Source: Oopsacas minuta | Lineage: Eukaryota; Animalia; Porifera | DNA length: 64,000 bases | Direction of reading: 5' to 3' | Assembly (NCBI GenBank): GCA_024704765.1 | Contig: JAKMXF010000321.1 | Location: 62,001 to 126,000 of the forward strand | Part shown: positions 11,510-22,200 of the stretch, piece after piece | How the letters are laid out: the number at the start of each line of letters is the position of its first letter | How positions within the stretch are numbered: position 1 is the first letter of the stretch | The notes under the pieces: generated by a model | The model's input: only the letters and a program-made list of their open reading frames with translations | The model's database searches: none | Told to the model about the DNA's origin: nothing | Position numbers and translations under genes: made by a program

Positions 11510-13156
11510 ATGGCAGATAATGAAGATTATAGGAAAGTGTCATTCGTTAGAAAACTGCTAGAAAAGAAGATGTCTAAACTTCACGACTGTTTAGATGAAA
11601 GGTTAAAAGTTATGAGCAAAGAGTTGGACGAATTTGAGGAACTGTTTGAAAGCGAAAATGAAAACGATGAAGCAGAGCTTGAGAAATTATCTCAATACAG
11701 ACGTAACACTATAGAACTATTCAACCAGTTCGATAATCAGATGATTACGAATATCGAAAGCATGATTGAAGGTTTGAAGAGTAGAAAAGAACAGAGGAAG
11801 TTAAAATTAGAATTTGACGACGAGAGCTTAACCAACCAGATTATGACACTTGGATGCCTGATACGAATGGAGGACAAGACCAAAGACTATGAGGAGTTTG
11901 GGACCTTGAGTAATGATGACTTTCTTAAATATATGAATGAAGATATGATCAAAGAAGTCATAAAGTCGAAAGCAGTATATGAAGACATCGTGTTAACGCC
12001 AGATGAATATCCAAAGCCTTCACCACCACCACCACCCTTGCCTCGAAAACTTCGCCCTCGATCTGTCAGCACGCGGGAGAGGGTGCTAAAACCTCTCCAC
12101 CCTACTAGCCCCTTACAGCTAAAAAAAGATTGGGGAACTGAGCCTGGCGAATACTCAGAAATCAACCCTGATGAAATAATTCAGGACCATGACAAGTTCA
12201 GTATTGGGCAAAAATGGACGTTTGTAGATAAAGGGTTGATAAGGAAGAAGTCCACCAGTCTAGGCAACAAGATTAACTTAGTAGGACTACCCTCGGGCGC
12301 CAGACTAGCAAGCAAGCAGGACTTTCTGTTAACCGCAAAGTGCAGAATAGGAACGGAAAATGGTCAAATATTAAAACCCAAAAACATCGCCATTTCACCA
12401 CAAACAGGGTGCATATTCGTAGCAGAGAAGGGGAACAACAGGATCCAGGTATTCTCTGCAACTTGTGACCCTATGTACTCGTTTGGCAAGAAGGCTACAA
12501 TCCCCTGCCACTCGTTAGTGCAGCCATACGGGGTCTGTATTCTTGATGAAATAGTATACGTGTCTGTGACACAATACGCGTGTATACATGCTTACAAAAC
12601 TAACGGAGAGTTCGTAATGCAGGAAGGTGAGAAAGGGAAGTTAGAGGGGAATTTTGAGTTCCCGACGGGTATGAACACAGACGGAATCAATAAAATCTAT
12701 GTATGTGACTATGGAAACAACAGAGTACAAGCATTCAACAAAGACCTACAGTTCAAACAGATTATTGGAGCAGGAAGACTAACAAATCCAACAGACATTG
12801 CTGTCGACCACAATTTCGATCTATACGTGTTAGACAGATCAACTACGATTGTACATCATTTCAATAGTGAAGGTATTTATCAGAAGGATATCATTAAAAT
12901 CAATAAATATCCCATTTTATCGAATCCACAATTCATTGCTATCAGCCCAAGAGGTCGTATCATATTGTCAGATATCCTGTCGAATAGTGTGAATATTTTC
13001 AGCATGGAAGGAAGTCTCAGAAGGACACTGGGAGGACATAGAGGCAAGGATATATTTGGGGAACCGAGGGGTATTGCTTTTGATAATAATGGTAATCTTG
13101 TTGTTGTGTGTCATAAAGAGTCAGGTTGTTTACAGATTATAGATATTGAAATCTAA
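11510..13156 (+). CDS. RING-less coiled-coil + linker + NHL protein (548 aa)
   Basis: NHL motifs VAEKGNNRIQVF, FPTGMNTD, CDYGNNRVQAF and EPRGIAFD. Divergent from the 9721-11394 gene with 115 bp between start codons. Confidence 0.9.
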   Translation: MADNEDYRKVSFVRKLLEKKMSKLHDCLDERLKVMSKELDEFEELFESENENDEAELEKLSQYRRNTIELFNQFDNQMITNIESMIEGLKSRKEQRKLKLEFDDESLTNQIMTLGCLIRMEDKTKDYEEFGTLSNDDFLKYMNEDMIKEVIKSKAVYEDIVLTPDEYPKPSPPPPPLPRKLRPRSVSTRERVLKPLHPTSPLQLKKDWGTEPGEYSEINPDEIIQDHDKFSIGQKWTFVDKGLIRKKSTSLGNKINLVGLPSGARLASKQDFLLTAKCRIGTENGQILKPKNIAISPQTGCIFVAEKGNNRIQVFSATCDPMYSFGKKATIPCHSLVQPYGVCILDEIVYVSVTQYACIHAYKTNGEFVMQEGEKGKLEGNFEFPTGMNTDGINKIYVCDYGNNRVQAFNKDLQFKQIIGAGRLTNPTDIAVDHNFDLYVLDRSTTIVHHFNSEGIYQKDIIKINKYPILSNPQFIAISPRGRIILSDILSNSVNIFSMEGSLRRTLGGHRGKDIFGEPRGIAFDNNGNLVVVCHKESGCLQIIDIEI

Positions 13157-13416
13157 TACATTACAAAATGTATTCTATACACTAAGGCTATGGCAACCAA
13201 TTCTAGCATATATTATATGTAAGAAAGTATACTGTGCTCTGTGGGTATAATAACAAGAGAGTATAACTATCAAATTTGTCTCTGAAATAATGGTATATAG
13301 CAGCGATTAGGAATTTCCTGGCCGCAAACGTACTTGGAGGAACGCTCCTGGGATGGCAATTTATGTCCTCGTGGCTGCTGAACTAGCACTTTAAGTGACG
13401 GTGTGAGAGGTAATAC

Positions 13417-13564
13417 TGTTCCCTCGAACATTATCCCCCTAGGCAACCCTGTTTCTCCGAGTGTTTCCCCTTGCACACTTAGCAACACATACGTGGGTCA
13501 AGGAAACGGAAACAAGTATTCCGTAGGGAATATTGTTCCTAAGGGAAAAGTGTTCGGGGGGACA
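13417..13564. mobile_element. Degenerate inverted-repeat (MITE-like) element
   Basis: TGTTCCCTCGAACATTATCCCCCTAGGCAAC at 13417 is imperfectly complementary to the segment ending GTGTTCGGGGGGACA at 13564. No clear TSD. Confidence 0.4.
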
Positions 13565-13710
13565 TAAATATGGGGATCTATGACACCGGCTTGTATAGAA
13601 TGCTATTAATCAGCCTGATATAATATGATGAGTAATATGATCTCGAATAGGTATTTGAGTGAGCCATATGTAAATGTATATAATTGAATAAGCTGGAATA
13701 GACCAAGAAA

Positions 13711-15393
13711 ATGGCAGATAATGAAGATTATAGGAAAGTGTCATTCGTTAGAAAACTGCTAGAAAAGAAGATATCTAAACTTCACGACTGTTTAGATGAA
13801 AGGTTAAAAGTTATGAGCAAAGAGCTGGACGAATTTGAGGAACTGTTTGAAAGCGAAAATGAAAAAGATGAAGCAGAGCTTGAGAAATTATCTCAATACA
13901 GACGTAACACTATAGAACTATTCAACCAGTTCGATAATCAGGTGATTAAAATCGAAAACAAGATTGAAAGTTTGGAAAATCGGATCGAAAGTAGAAAGTT
14001 AAAGTTAGAATTCGATGACACTAGTTTAACCAATCAGATTAGCTGCTTTGGGTGCTTAACACGAATGGAGGACAAGACCAAAAACTATGAGGTGTTTGGG
14101 TCCTTGAGTAGCGATAATCTTATAAAGTATGAAGAGATCGATGAAGAAATGATGGATGAAATTAGGAGCATAAAGTCTAAGTCATTAAATAATAGTCCAA
14201 GTCATGGGGAAACATCGGACCACGAAGACACCGTGTTCAAGCCAGGAGAATATCTAAAGCCTTCAAGACAAGCACCTATACCTCCTAAACATCGTCCTCC
14301 AGTTCCCCCCACGCGAGGGAAGGCGCCAAAACCTCAGCACCCAATGAGCCCTTTAACAGTAGGAAAAATTTGGAAAACTCAATCTGATGAATATGCAGAG
14401 ATTAACATAGATGACAAGAAACAGGAAACTGAGTTATACTGTAAAGTCCCAGAAGGGAAATTCCAAGATAAAGCGTTCTTCAGGAAGAAGTCCATTAGTT
14501 TAAGTAGCATCCTTAATATAACAAGTCCATCACCCGGTGAGATATCTAACAAGCAGGATTATCTGATAACTGCAAAGTGTAAAATAGGAGCGGGGCCAGG
14601 TCAAATGCTGAAACCCAAAAACATCGCCATTTCACCACAAACAGGGTGCATATTTGTAGCAGAGAAGGGGAACAACAGGATCCAAGTATTCGCTGCTACG
14701 GGCGACCCTATGTACTCGTTTAGTAGGAAGACAAGTACCCCCAATCACTCCTTAATCAAGCCATATGGCATATGTATACTGAATGAAAGGGTATATGTGT
14801 CCGTTACACAATACGCGTGTGTACATGCTTACAAAACTAACGGAGAGTTCGTAATGCAGAAAGGAATCGAAGGGAAGTTAGAGGGGAATTTTGAGTTCCC
14901 GACGGGTATGAACACAGACGGAATCAATAAAATCTATGTATGTGACTATGGAAACAACAGAGTACAAGCATTCAACAAAGACCTACAGTTCAAACAGATT
15001 ATTGGAGCAGGAAGACTAACAAATCCAACAGACATTGCTGTCGACCACAATTTCGATCTATACGTGTTAGACAGATCAACTACGATTGTACATCATTTCA
15101 ATAGTAAAGGTATTTATCAGAAGAAGATCATCAAAATAATAAAATATCCCATTTTATCGAATCCACAATTCATTGCTATCAGTCCAAGAGGTCGTATCAT
15201 ATTGTCAGATATCCTGTCGAATAGTGTGAATATTTTCAGCATGGAAGGAAGTCTCAGAGGGACACTAGGAGGACCAAAAGACAAGGATATGTTTGGGGAA
15301 CCGAGGGGTATTGCTTTTGATAAGAACGGAAATCTTGTTGTTGTGTGTCATAAAGAGTCAGGTTGTTTACAAATTATAGATATTGACATATGA
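13711..15393 (+). CDS. RING-less coiled-coil + linker + NHL protein (560 aa), tandem paralog of 11510-13156
   Basis: Near-identical 5' leader, N-terminus and NHL domain to the 11510 gene, with a diverged central linker. Confidence 0.9.
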   Translation: MADNEDYRKVSFVRKLLEKKISKLHDCLDERLKVMSKELDEFEELFESENEKDEAELEKLSQYRRNTIELFNQFDNQVIKIENKIESLENRIESRKLKLEFDDTSLTNQISCFGCLTRMEDKTKNYEVFGSLSSDNLIKYEEIDEEMMDEIRSIKSKSLNNSPSHGETSDHEDTVFKPGEYLKPSRQAPIPPKHRPPVPPTRGKAPKPQHPMSPLTVGKIWKTQSDEYAEINIDDKKQETELYCKVPEGKFQDKAFFRKKSISLSSILNITSPSPGEISNKQDYLITAKCKIGAGPGQMLKPKNIAISPQTGCIFVAEKGNNRIQVFAATGDPMYSFSRKTSTPNHSLIKPYGICILNERVYVSVTQYACVHAYKTNGEFVMQKGIEGKLEGNFEFPTGMNTDGINKIYVCDYGNNRVQAFNKDLQFKQIIGAGRLTNPTDIAVDHNFDLYVLDRSTTIVHHFNSKGIYQKKIIKIIKYPILSNPQFIAISPRGRIILSDILSNSVNIFSMEGSLRGTLGGPKDKDMFGEPRGIAFDKNGNLVVVCHKESGCLQIIDIDI

Positions 15394-16045
15394 TAGATAT
15401 ATTGTTGTTGTGTAGTGTATAATATGTGCTAATTTGTGTATAAGTAAGCAGTTTACATACAAAAAGTGTTTGATTACTTTTGTGCAACTCTGGGGGAGCT
15501 GTGTCCGCACAGATATTAGTAAAAACAGGAAACTTAGTGCCTAGAATGAAACTACAATTGTTATGATATAAATATTAATGTATAGGATAAACTATACGAA
15601 TACAATGACATCATAAAGAAAGAACTTAAGGGGTTTATATCCTATTATCTTAGCATCGAGTTATACTTTATGCAAATATCGAATAACAATGGAATAGGCT
15701 AGTTGCTTATAAATTTTTAACTGTGCTGAATATGCCATAACGAGCTACTATTTATCCCTCGAGGGTGTACAGCCAATCTTTCAGAGTACATCGTAATGCA
15801 GTGTCGCGGTGTGCACTGAGAGTTGGACACATTGTGCCACTTTTTAGACCATTAACAAATAATTACAAATTTCCATCAAAAATAGTAAAATCAATTCAGT
15901 GCAGACAGCTAGTATTTATTTAACGTTATTATAGTGGCAATAAAATCGTAGGCACTAAATGTACTCTTCAATTAATATAACACAGGTATGCTGTCGGCAA
16001 AGATTAAATCTAATATTTTTCAAAATATATAGAATAACTAAATAA

Positions 16046-17818
16046 ATGCTCACTGAATATTTCGAGAATGTGGAAGAGGCGAGAATTCAAATCGACCATA
16101 AAATTTGGCATATAAAACAGGTCCTTGATAAGAGACAGCTGGAACTAAATTGGAATCTTGACAATATCAATTCCGGAATTACAAATCAGACAAAAATAGC
16201 AAAAATAAGGATAGACTGGGTGGATAAAGAGGTGTGTAAATTAATCAAGACCCTGGGTAACATAGAAATCGAGACAATCCAAGACAAAACGAACAATGGG
16301 AACATCAAGATGGACAATTTGTTCCGATTTTGGGGAATCAAGAAAGGTAAAAATGAGCCAATTAAGGAATCAGACTACATGACGATGAAGCGACCCAAAA
16401 AGAGAAGCAAATCCACATCAGATATTACGACCACACAATATCCTAATAGTCCTGGAGATGGAGAGAGAGTTCTCCCCACAGCTCCAACAGGCCAAGATCT
16501 CTACACGTTGATGGAGGGGCTTAACAAACAAGTGATTAAAGGGGATAACCCTACTCAAGAAATCAATGAATATAAAGAACCAATAGGACAAGATGTGGAC
16601 GACTACAAACCGATCGATCTAATCAAAAGCAAACAGCTGATCAGAAAAGATATTAGCCAATATAGAATGCCAATAAGCCAAGATGTGGCTCTGTACACCC
16701 AGATGTTTCCAATAAACAGCAAAACAAGTGTTAAGAGAAGTATTTCTACGAAGGACATCAATGAGTATAAAACATACCAGGAAGATATGAGAAAATCCTT
16801 AGATTTTACTGATGAGGTACTTCCAATCTCACCAGGCTTGGAGAGTAACGAATTCAAATGGAAAAGTGAAGAGTTGTTAAATAGTCCGATATATGAAGTT
16901 ATCGATGAAAAATATTTTACGAGGGAAAGGAAACTTTGGGGGACACTTGGCTCCAAAAGGAAAAGGGAGGTTAAAAAGGAGATTAGAATTTTAGACCTTC
17001 CAGTAATTGCCACCTGCACGCAAGGGAAGAGGCTGGGACAATTGGACAAGCCCAAAGGTGTTGCCGTATCTGAAAATGGCAGAATTTTCGTAGCAGAAAA
17101 GGTAAACAATCGTATACAGGTGTTTACAAGCGAGGCAAAATATATTTCAAGTTTCGGGGAGAAATCAGGGCCAAATAAAATGCAGGGACCTTATGGAGTC
17201 TGTATACGAAAAGATGCAGTGTACGTAACCCTTACGAATCAACACGCGATACAAATGTACACCACAGAGGGAGTATTCATAAAACAGAAAGGAAGAGAAG
17301 GTCGAGAAGATGGGAGACTCAAATTACCGACTGGGATAGACTGTGACAAATCAAGAGGGAAAGTATTCGTTTGTGATACAGGAAATAATAGAATACAAAT
17401 ATTCGATAAGGAACTGAAATTCATTAAAGTTCTACACAAAATTAAACTAGACAGACCTCTTGATATAAAAGTAGTCAGATATGGAGATTTCTATGTGTTA
17501 GACAGGTCACAATCTTGTGTCCATCTATTCAACAGTTTAGGAGAGCTACAGGCAGAAGTAATCGATACGATCTTCCACATAAACCTACTGAATCCTCTCT
17601 ACTTAACAATTAGCCCTGAGGATTATATTATCTTGTCAGATTACTCTAATCATTGTATCCATCTGTTCTCAAGTGGAGGTGAGCTAATGTGGACACTAGG
17701 GGACGAGGGGAAGGGAAAACCACTTGAGGAACCAAGAGGAGTAGCCTGTGACTCACGTGGCAGATTAATCACTGTTTGTAACAAGAAAAAGGACGCACTA
17801 CAGATATTCCAGATTTAG
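16046..17818 (+). CDS. RING-less coiled-coil + Tyr-repeat linker + NHL protein (590 aa)
   Basis: NHL motifs KPKGVAV, VAEKVNNRIQVF, CDTGNNRIQIF and EPRGVACD. Single exon. Confidence 0.88.
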   Translation: MLTEYFENVEEARIQIDHKIWHIKQVLDKRQLELNWNLDNINSGITNQTKIAKIRIDWVDKEVCKLIKTLGNIEIETIQDKTNNGNIKMDNLFRFWGIKKGKNEPIKESDYMTMKRPKKRSKSTSDITTTQYPNSPGDGERVLPTAPTGQDLYTLMEGLNKQVIKGDNPTQEINEYKEPIGQDVDDYKPIDLIKSKQLIRKDISQYRMPISQDVALYTQMFPINSKTSVKRSISTKDINEYKTYQEDMRKSLDFTDEVLPISPGLESNEFKWKSEELLNSPIYEVIDEKYFTRERKLWGTLGSKRKREVKKEIRILDLPVIATCTQGKRLGQLDKPKGVAVSENGRIFVAEKVNNRIQVFTSEAKYISSFGEKSGPNKMQGPYGVCIRKDAVYVTLTNQHAIQMYTTEGVFIKQKGREGREDGRLKLPTGIDCDKSRGKVFVCDTGNNRIQIFDKELKFIKVLHKIKLDRPLDIKVVRYGDFYVLDRSQSCVHLFNSLGELQAEVIDTIFHINLLNPLYLTISPEDYIILSDYSNHCIHLFSSGGELMWTLGDEGKGKPLEEPRGVACDSRGRLITVCNKKKDALQIFQI

Positions 17819-17940
17819 TAATATTTGTTTATTAAGAGTTGAGTATATATTGCATTCCTGTGTTGCTATAGAGTTATATATTTATAATATTCAATTCTCA
17901 AACAACAGCTGCTAAATAGTATATCTACACATTTTCACAC

Positions 17941-18306
17941 CTATCTGAAGTCCTCAGCATTGAACATCCCTCTTGCCCTCTTCAATATAGAGTCCTTGCT
18001 AGGATCGTACGGATGGTCCTTGGACGGAATCTCCAGGATAGCGGGTATCGACATAGTATGATTGTCTAGAAGGTATCTAATCTCCTCGGCAATAGTTTGA
18101 GTTATCAATAGAATAGCAATATCATTACGTGTTGTAAATAGTTTAAACTTATCCTCTATGTCTTTAGTGCTTGTGTCTTTCGTTACTGTGAAGAAATTGG
18201 CCTGTTTGGCAGCGTTCAGCTCCCCTGTACCCCCTAATAGGAACCCGGTACATGTGTCCTCATCTCCAATAATAGCGATTAGTTTCCTATGAATTGATAT
18301 AGCCAT
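17941..18306 (-). CDS. ATP6V1F: V-type proton ATPase subunit F
   Basis: KLIAIIGDEDTCTGFLLGG, RNDIAILLI and ILEIPSKDHPYDPSKDSILKRARGMF; 121 aa, intronless. Confidence 0.97.
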   Translation of the reverse strand: MAISIHRKLIAIIGDEDTCTGFLLGGTGELNAAKQANFFTVTKDTSTKDIEDKFKLFTTRNDIAILLITQTIAEEIRYLLDNHTMSIPAILEIPSKDHPYDPSKDSILKRARGMFNAEDFR

Positions 18307-18527
18307 TTGGTTAAGCTATCCAAATCTCTAGTTTTATATAACATGTACACATATTAGAATCCTCATATTCTCATAACATATGGCTCTGTATTGCTATTCA
18401 ATTGGCATAGGGGAATACATAATATGGATACAGGAGATGATAATGAGGGAATAGGAGAGCCTTGAGGTGTTATTCTGCCAACAGTAACACCTCAGTGGCT
18501 CAGTGGTTGACTTGGTGCATAAATATA

Positions 18528-18673
18528 CAATGAATGCTGGTTATAAGAACACCGGATACGAGAACATACCGGATATAAGCACCATACGGTTCTCATATAT
18601 TCCTGTATACTTATACCGGTTATAAGAGCATGTATTGCTACTCCTAAGGGTGTTCTTATAACCGGTATCACTG
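18528..18673. mobile_element. Tc1/mariner (pogo/Tigger-like) MITE
   Basis: TA-flanked imperfect TIRs CAATGAATGCTGGTTATAAGAACACC and GGTGTTCTTATAACCGGTATCACTG. Confidence 0.75.
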
Positions 18674-18833
18674 TATTTCCTCAAGTTCACACCTTTAGAG
18701 ATTAAGACACAAATTTGGTTCTTTTCATTTTAAGCCAATCAGATTGTATGCATTTAGCAATTAGGAATATACTAACAATGAATTGGTTCTGGTTCCGGGT
18801 GAATTTATTGTTGACATTATGAAAGTAAACAAG

Positions 18834-19097
18834 TTAGTCAATTTGGAACTTATCAATTGATTCTAGGACTATCATTAGGAGGTCAAAATAGGCGCCAACT
18901 GCTACCCGGAGGATTCTAGCTTCCATAGCAACGTAAATTACTTTAAGAATGTTGTCATCTAAAATAAATTCCTTTGTAACAAGACTGTTTCTAGGCTCAG
19001 GATCTGGTGAAAGCGAGTTGAGAGCAATCTCTGCCATCTGATTGGTTGGAAAAGGAACTGAAATTTCACACCTAACAGGATATTCTTCCGTTGCCAT
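18834..19097 (-). CDS. LAGE3: KEOPS/EKC complex subunit Pcc1/LAGE3 (87 aa)
   Basis: CEISVPFPT..AEIALNSLSPDPEPR..VTKEF..LKV...ARILRVAVGAYFDLL is the Pcc1 family pattern. Start at MATEEY (19097). Confidence 0.88.
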   Translation of the reverse strand: MATEEYPVRCEISVPFPTNQMAEIALNSLSPDPEPRNSLVTKEFILDDNILKVIYVAMEARILRVAVGAYFDLLMIVLESIDKFQID

Positions 19098-19253
19098 GGT
19101 AACAGCTAGATATGCTAGGAATGTGTTAATATTACCTTCTGTATAATTCGAGATAATATAATTGCATCGAATAATCAGATAAAATACGAGAATCAAGTTT
19201 GTGGTAAATAATTGTAAATTAATAGAGTTTGAATGGAGAAAAAGTAGTGAATA

Positions 19254-22200
19254 TTAGTCAGTGTTTAGTAGTAAGGCAACTCCCTGAAGGGTCCAATGCG
19301 AAGAGTGTTCTTGTGTGAAGAGGTCTGCTTCAAATACCAGACCAACCCCCATAGCATTACGTCTATTAGAGGTGACGTATACAGGTGTGCGGAATGTGTT
19401 CTGTAATTTCAATCTATGGGCTTCTACAGGGATAACATGAAGGATGGGGAGTTGTTCAATTAACACTTTAGGACTAGACTTCTTTAGACACTGGTTGACG
19501 TGGTCCCAAATAGCTCCCTCCAAATATAATCCCTCTATATAGCACCCTGTTACAGAGATTATTAATATGGAACTATAAGTGTGAAAATAAGATAAATTAC
19601 CAGATTCAGGTCTCTCATCAACTTCATTACTATAAGTAACATCCTTAACATTAGTGTATAGAGTAGACTTATCAAGAGGCCAACCATTCTTCCTACATGT
19701 AGACTGTACCAGTGCTGTTAGGTAAGATTCTGGTATGTGGAGACCTGATAGCCACATCACTTTAGGTTCAACTATAGAGGAGGTATGCGTATATATATTT
19801 GTTTGTTTGTTTGTTTGTATATTTGTTTACTTGCATAGTCTCCCAAAACGGACACTCCGAAAAGCGGACAACTCCATGCAACGGACACACCTCGTGGCAC
19901 GGATTTAATTTGCCAAGTGTTTAATACTTAAGGAGTCTCCGAAAAGCGGACAATTCTCTACAACGGAAAGAAACCAGGTCCGTTATTCGGAGACTCCACT
20001 GTATAAGCATATTTATTTGCTTGTTTGTTTGTTTGTTTGTATATTTGTTTACTTGCATACTTCCGCGGTTCCAACCTTTTTCACCCATGGACCCCTCCCA
20101 CAGGCTGAGATATTAAATATAAGTTCCTGTGCACCCATACAGCCGTCCGTGGAACAAGGGATCAATAGACCCAGGTTAGGAACATTTGGTCTACTTGTAT
20201 ATCTAATTGGTTGTCTGCACTGTAAGTATTACGGATATATTGTTTGTAAATAGACTAACCTTTAACCCATTTAGTATACTGATCAAATCTCCTTAAGAAA
20301 TGCAGCATCCAGTTACCCAGAGACTTAAGGGTCTCCGGAGCTAGAGATCTCCACATAGAGGGTAACTGACCGTTATAAAGACTCTTAGCAAGCTCATCTA
20401 ACTCATTACTCATGCCTACCTCACCTGCTAGAGCTCTCTGTAAGTTAATTAGAGACAAAACCATCTTCTTCACTAAGTTATTGAACCTCTCCAATTCCTG
20501 CAAGAGGACGACATTAGTTGGGGTAAGATTTCCAAATTTCTTCTTTATCTGATCTAGCTCGAAGGTTAGTGGAAGTTTGCTTTGTATGTCTGAGGCTATT
20601 CCGCTTATGAAGTCCTCTCTACTGACACCTGTAAACAACAATAACAACAATAATAATACACTACGATGTGTATTTAACATCATTAGACCAGTTAAGCATG
20701 TGGAGGAGGCATTGAATGAATTATTTGCATTATAGTATCCCTTTTGAATTGTGTCGAGGACACAATTAATTGTGACACACATGGAGTAATACAGGAATAT
20801 ACTCGGTAGAATTTGTGGCAGTAATTGTGTCACAAGATTATAACTTTTGTATAATTCTATTAGAATATAGGAGGTGTTAGGTTAGATTACTTTAAAATAC
20901 TAATTAGTTCCAGTTATAATTCTAGAAAATTCCTTTTATGGAAATAATTGTAGTTTAGTTTCATTATCCAATAATTAGATTGACATTAGTGACACTAGAG
21001 ATGTCACAGTTTAGTTAGGACTTATAAGACACAAAAATATTTGTTTATAGCAATTCAATAACTTTTTCTGTTTTCATTATTAGAAACAAATAACAATAAA
21101 TGGCAAACTATAACGCCCCAGGAATAGCCCCCGTAGACGATATCGAGACACGAATCAACCAGCTATTCGATGGTCTGTTTCTTCGCCTCCATCAGAGACG
21201 ATTAACCCTCATTGCCGCGTATCATGACCTGCGTGACGATAAGGCAGCTAGACCATTAACTCGAATTAACAAGTTTGAACAACTGGTCGGTTTGAAGGCC
21301 GAAACGGAGCGTCGACTCCAATTGAACGAGCTCCGAGAGCTACAAGAGAGAGTGCTTGCTGATATCGAGCAAGAACTAGAAGAGTTAAATACCCCCCAAC
21401 CTGAGACCCATATTGTATTCAGAGCACAATCCGAACCCCTAGAGGAACTTATTGCAGGACTGGGAGAGGTCCTAGAGCTGGAGATAGCACCTATTGTACC
21501 TAAGTACGATAACATGAGACAGGTAGTAGCTGTTGGGGAGTATGGGAGAGCTCCTGGTGAGTTGCTCGATCCTCATACTATCACTGTTGATCCTAATACC
21601 AATAATATATTTGTTACAGAGGGTGAATTATTCGGATCACATGTACGTATCTCCATCTTTTCTGAGAAAGGATACTATCTAGATAGCTTTACTCACCAGG
21701 ACATGGAGTGTCCATACGGTATTGCTATACACGGTGAATATGTGTATATCACAGATACAGAAGTAGATGCAGTGTTCTGCTTCAAAAAGAGGAATGATTA
21801 CTCTCTAATCACTAAGGTAGGGATTAAGGGAACTCAGATTGGAGAGTTTAGCTTCCCTTATAGCCTCTCTGTATCTTCTACCGGAGATGTATACGTGGCA
21901 GATTATGGTAATAATAGAATCCAAATCCTCAACAGTTCTCTGGTCTATATGCGTAACCTCACTGAACAGGAAATCAGGAAGCCACGTGACATCAAGCTAA
22001 CAGCTGATGAGGTATACGTGCTTTGTGAAGACAATCCCTGTGTCCATGTCTTCTCTCACACAGGAGGGAGACTCCGCTCTCTTATATCAATGGGTAGCCA
22101 GATGGAAATTACTGTCCCTTATTTATTCTGTCTGGACTCAGCAGGGAATATTCTTATCAGTGATAGGTTTAGTAAAGCTATCAAGATATTCTCAAAAGAA

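Noticed and set aside
19090-19103. Perfect X-box GTTGCCATGGTAAC
   Set aside because: It coincides with the LAGE3 start codon context (ACC ATG GCA AC), so it can be explained by Kozak plus coding sequence alone.
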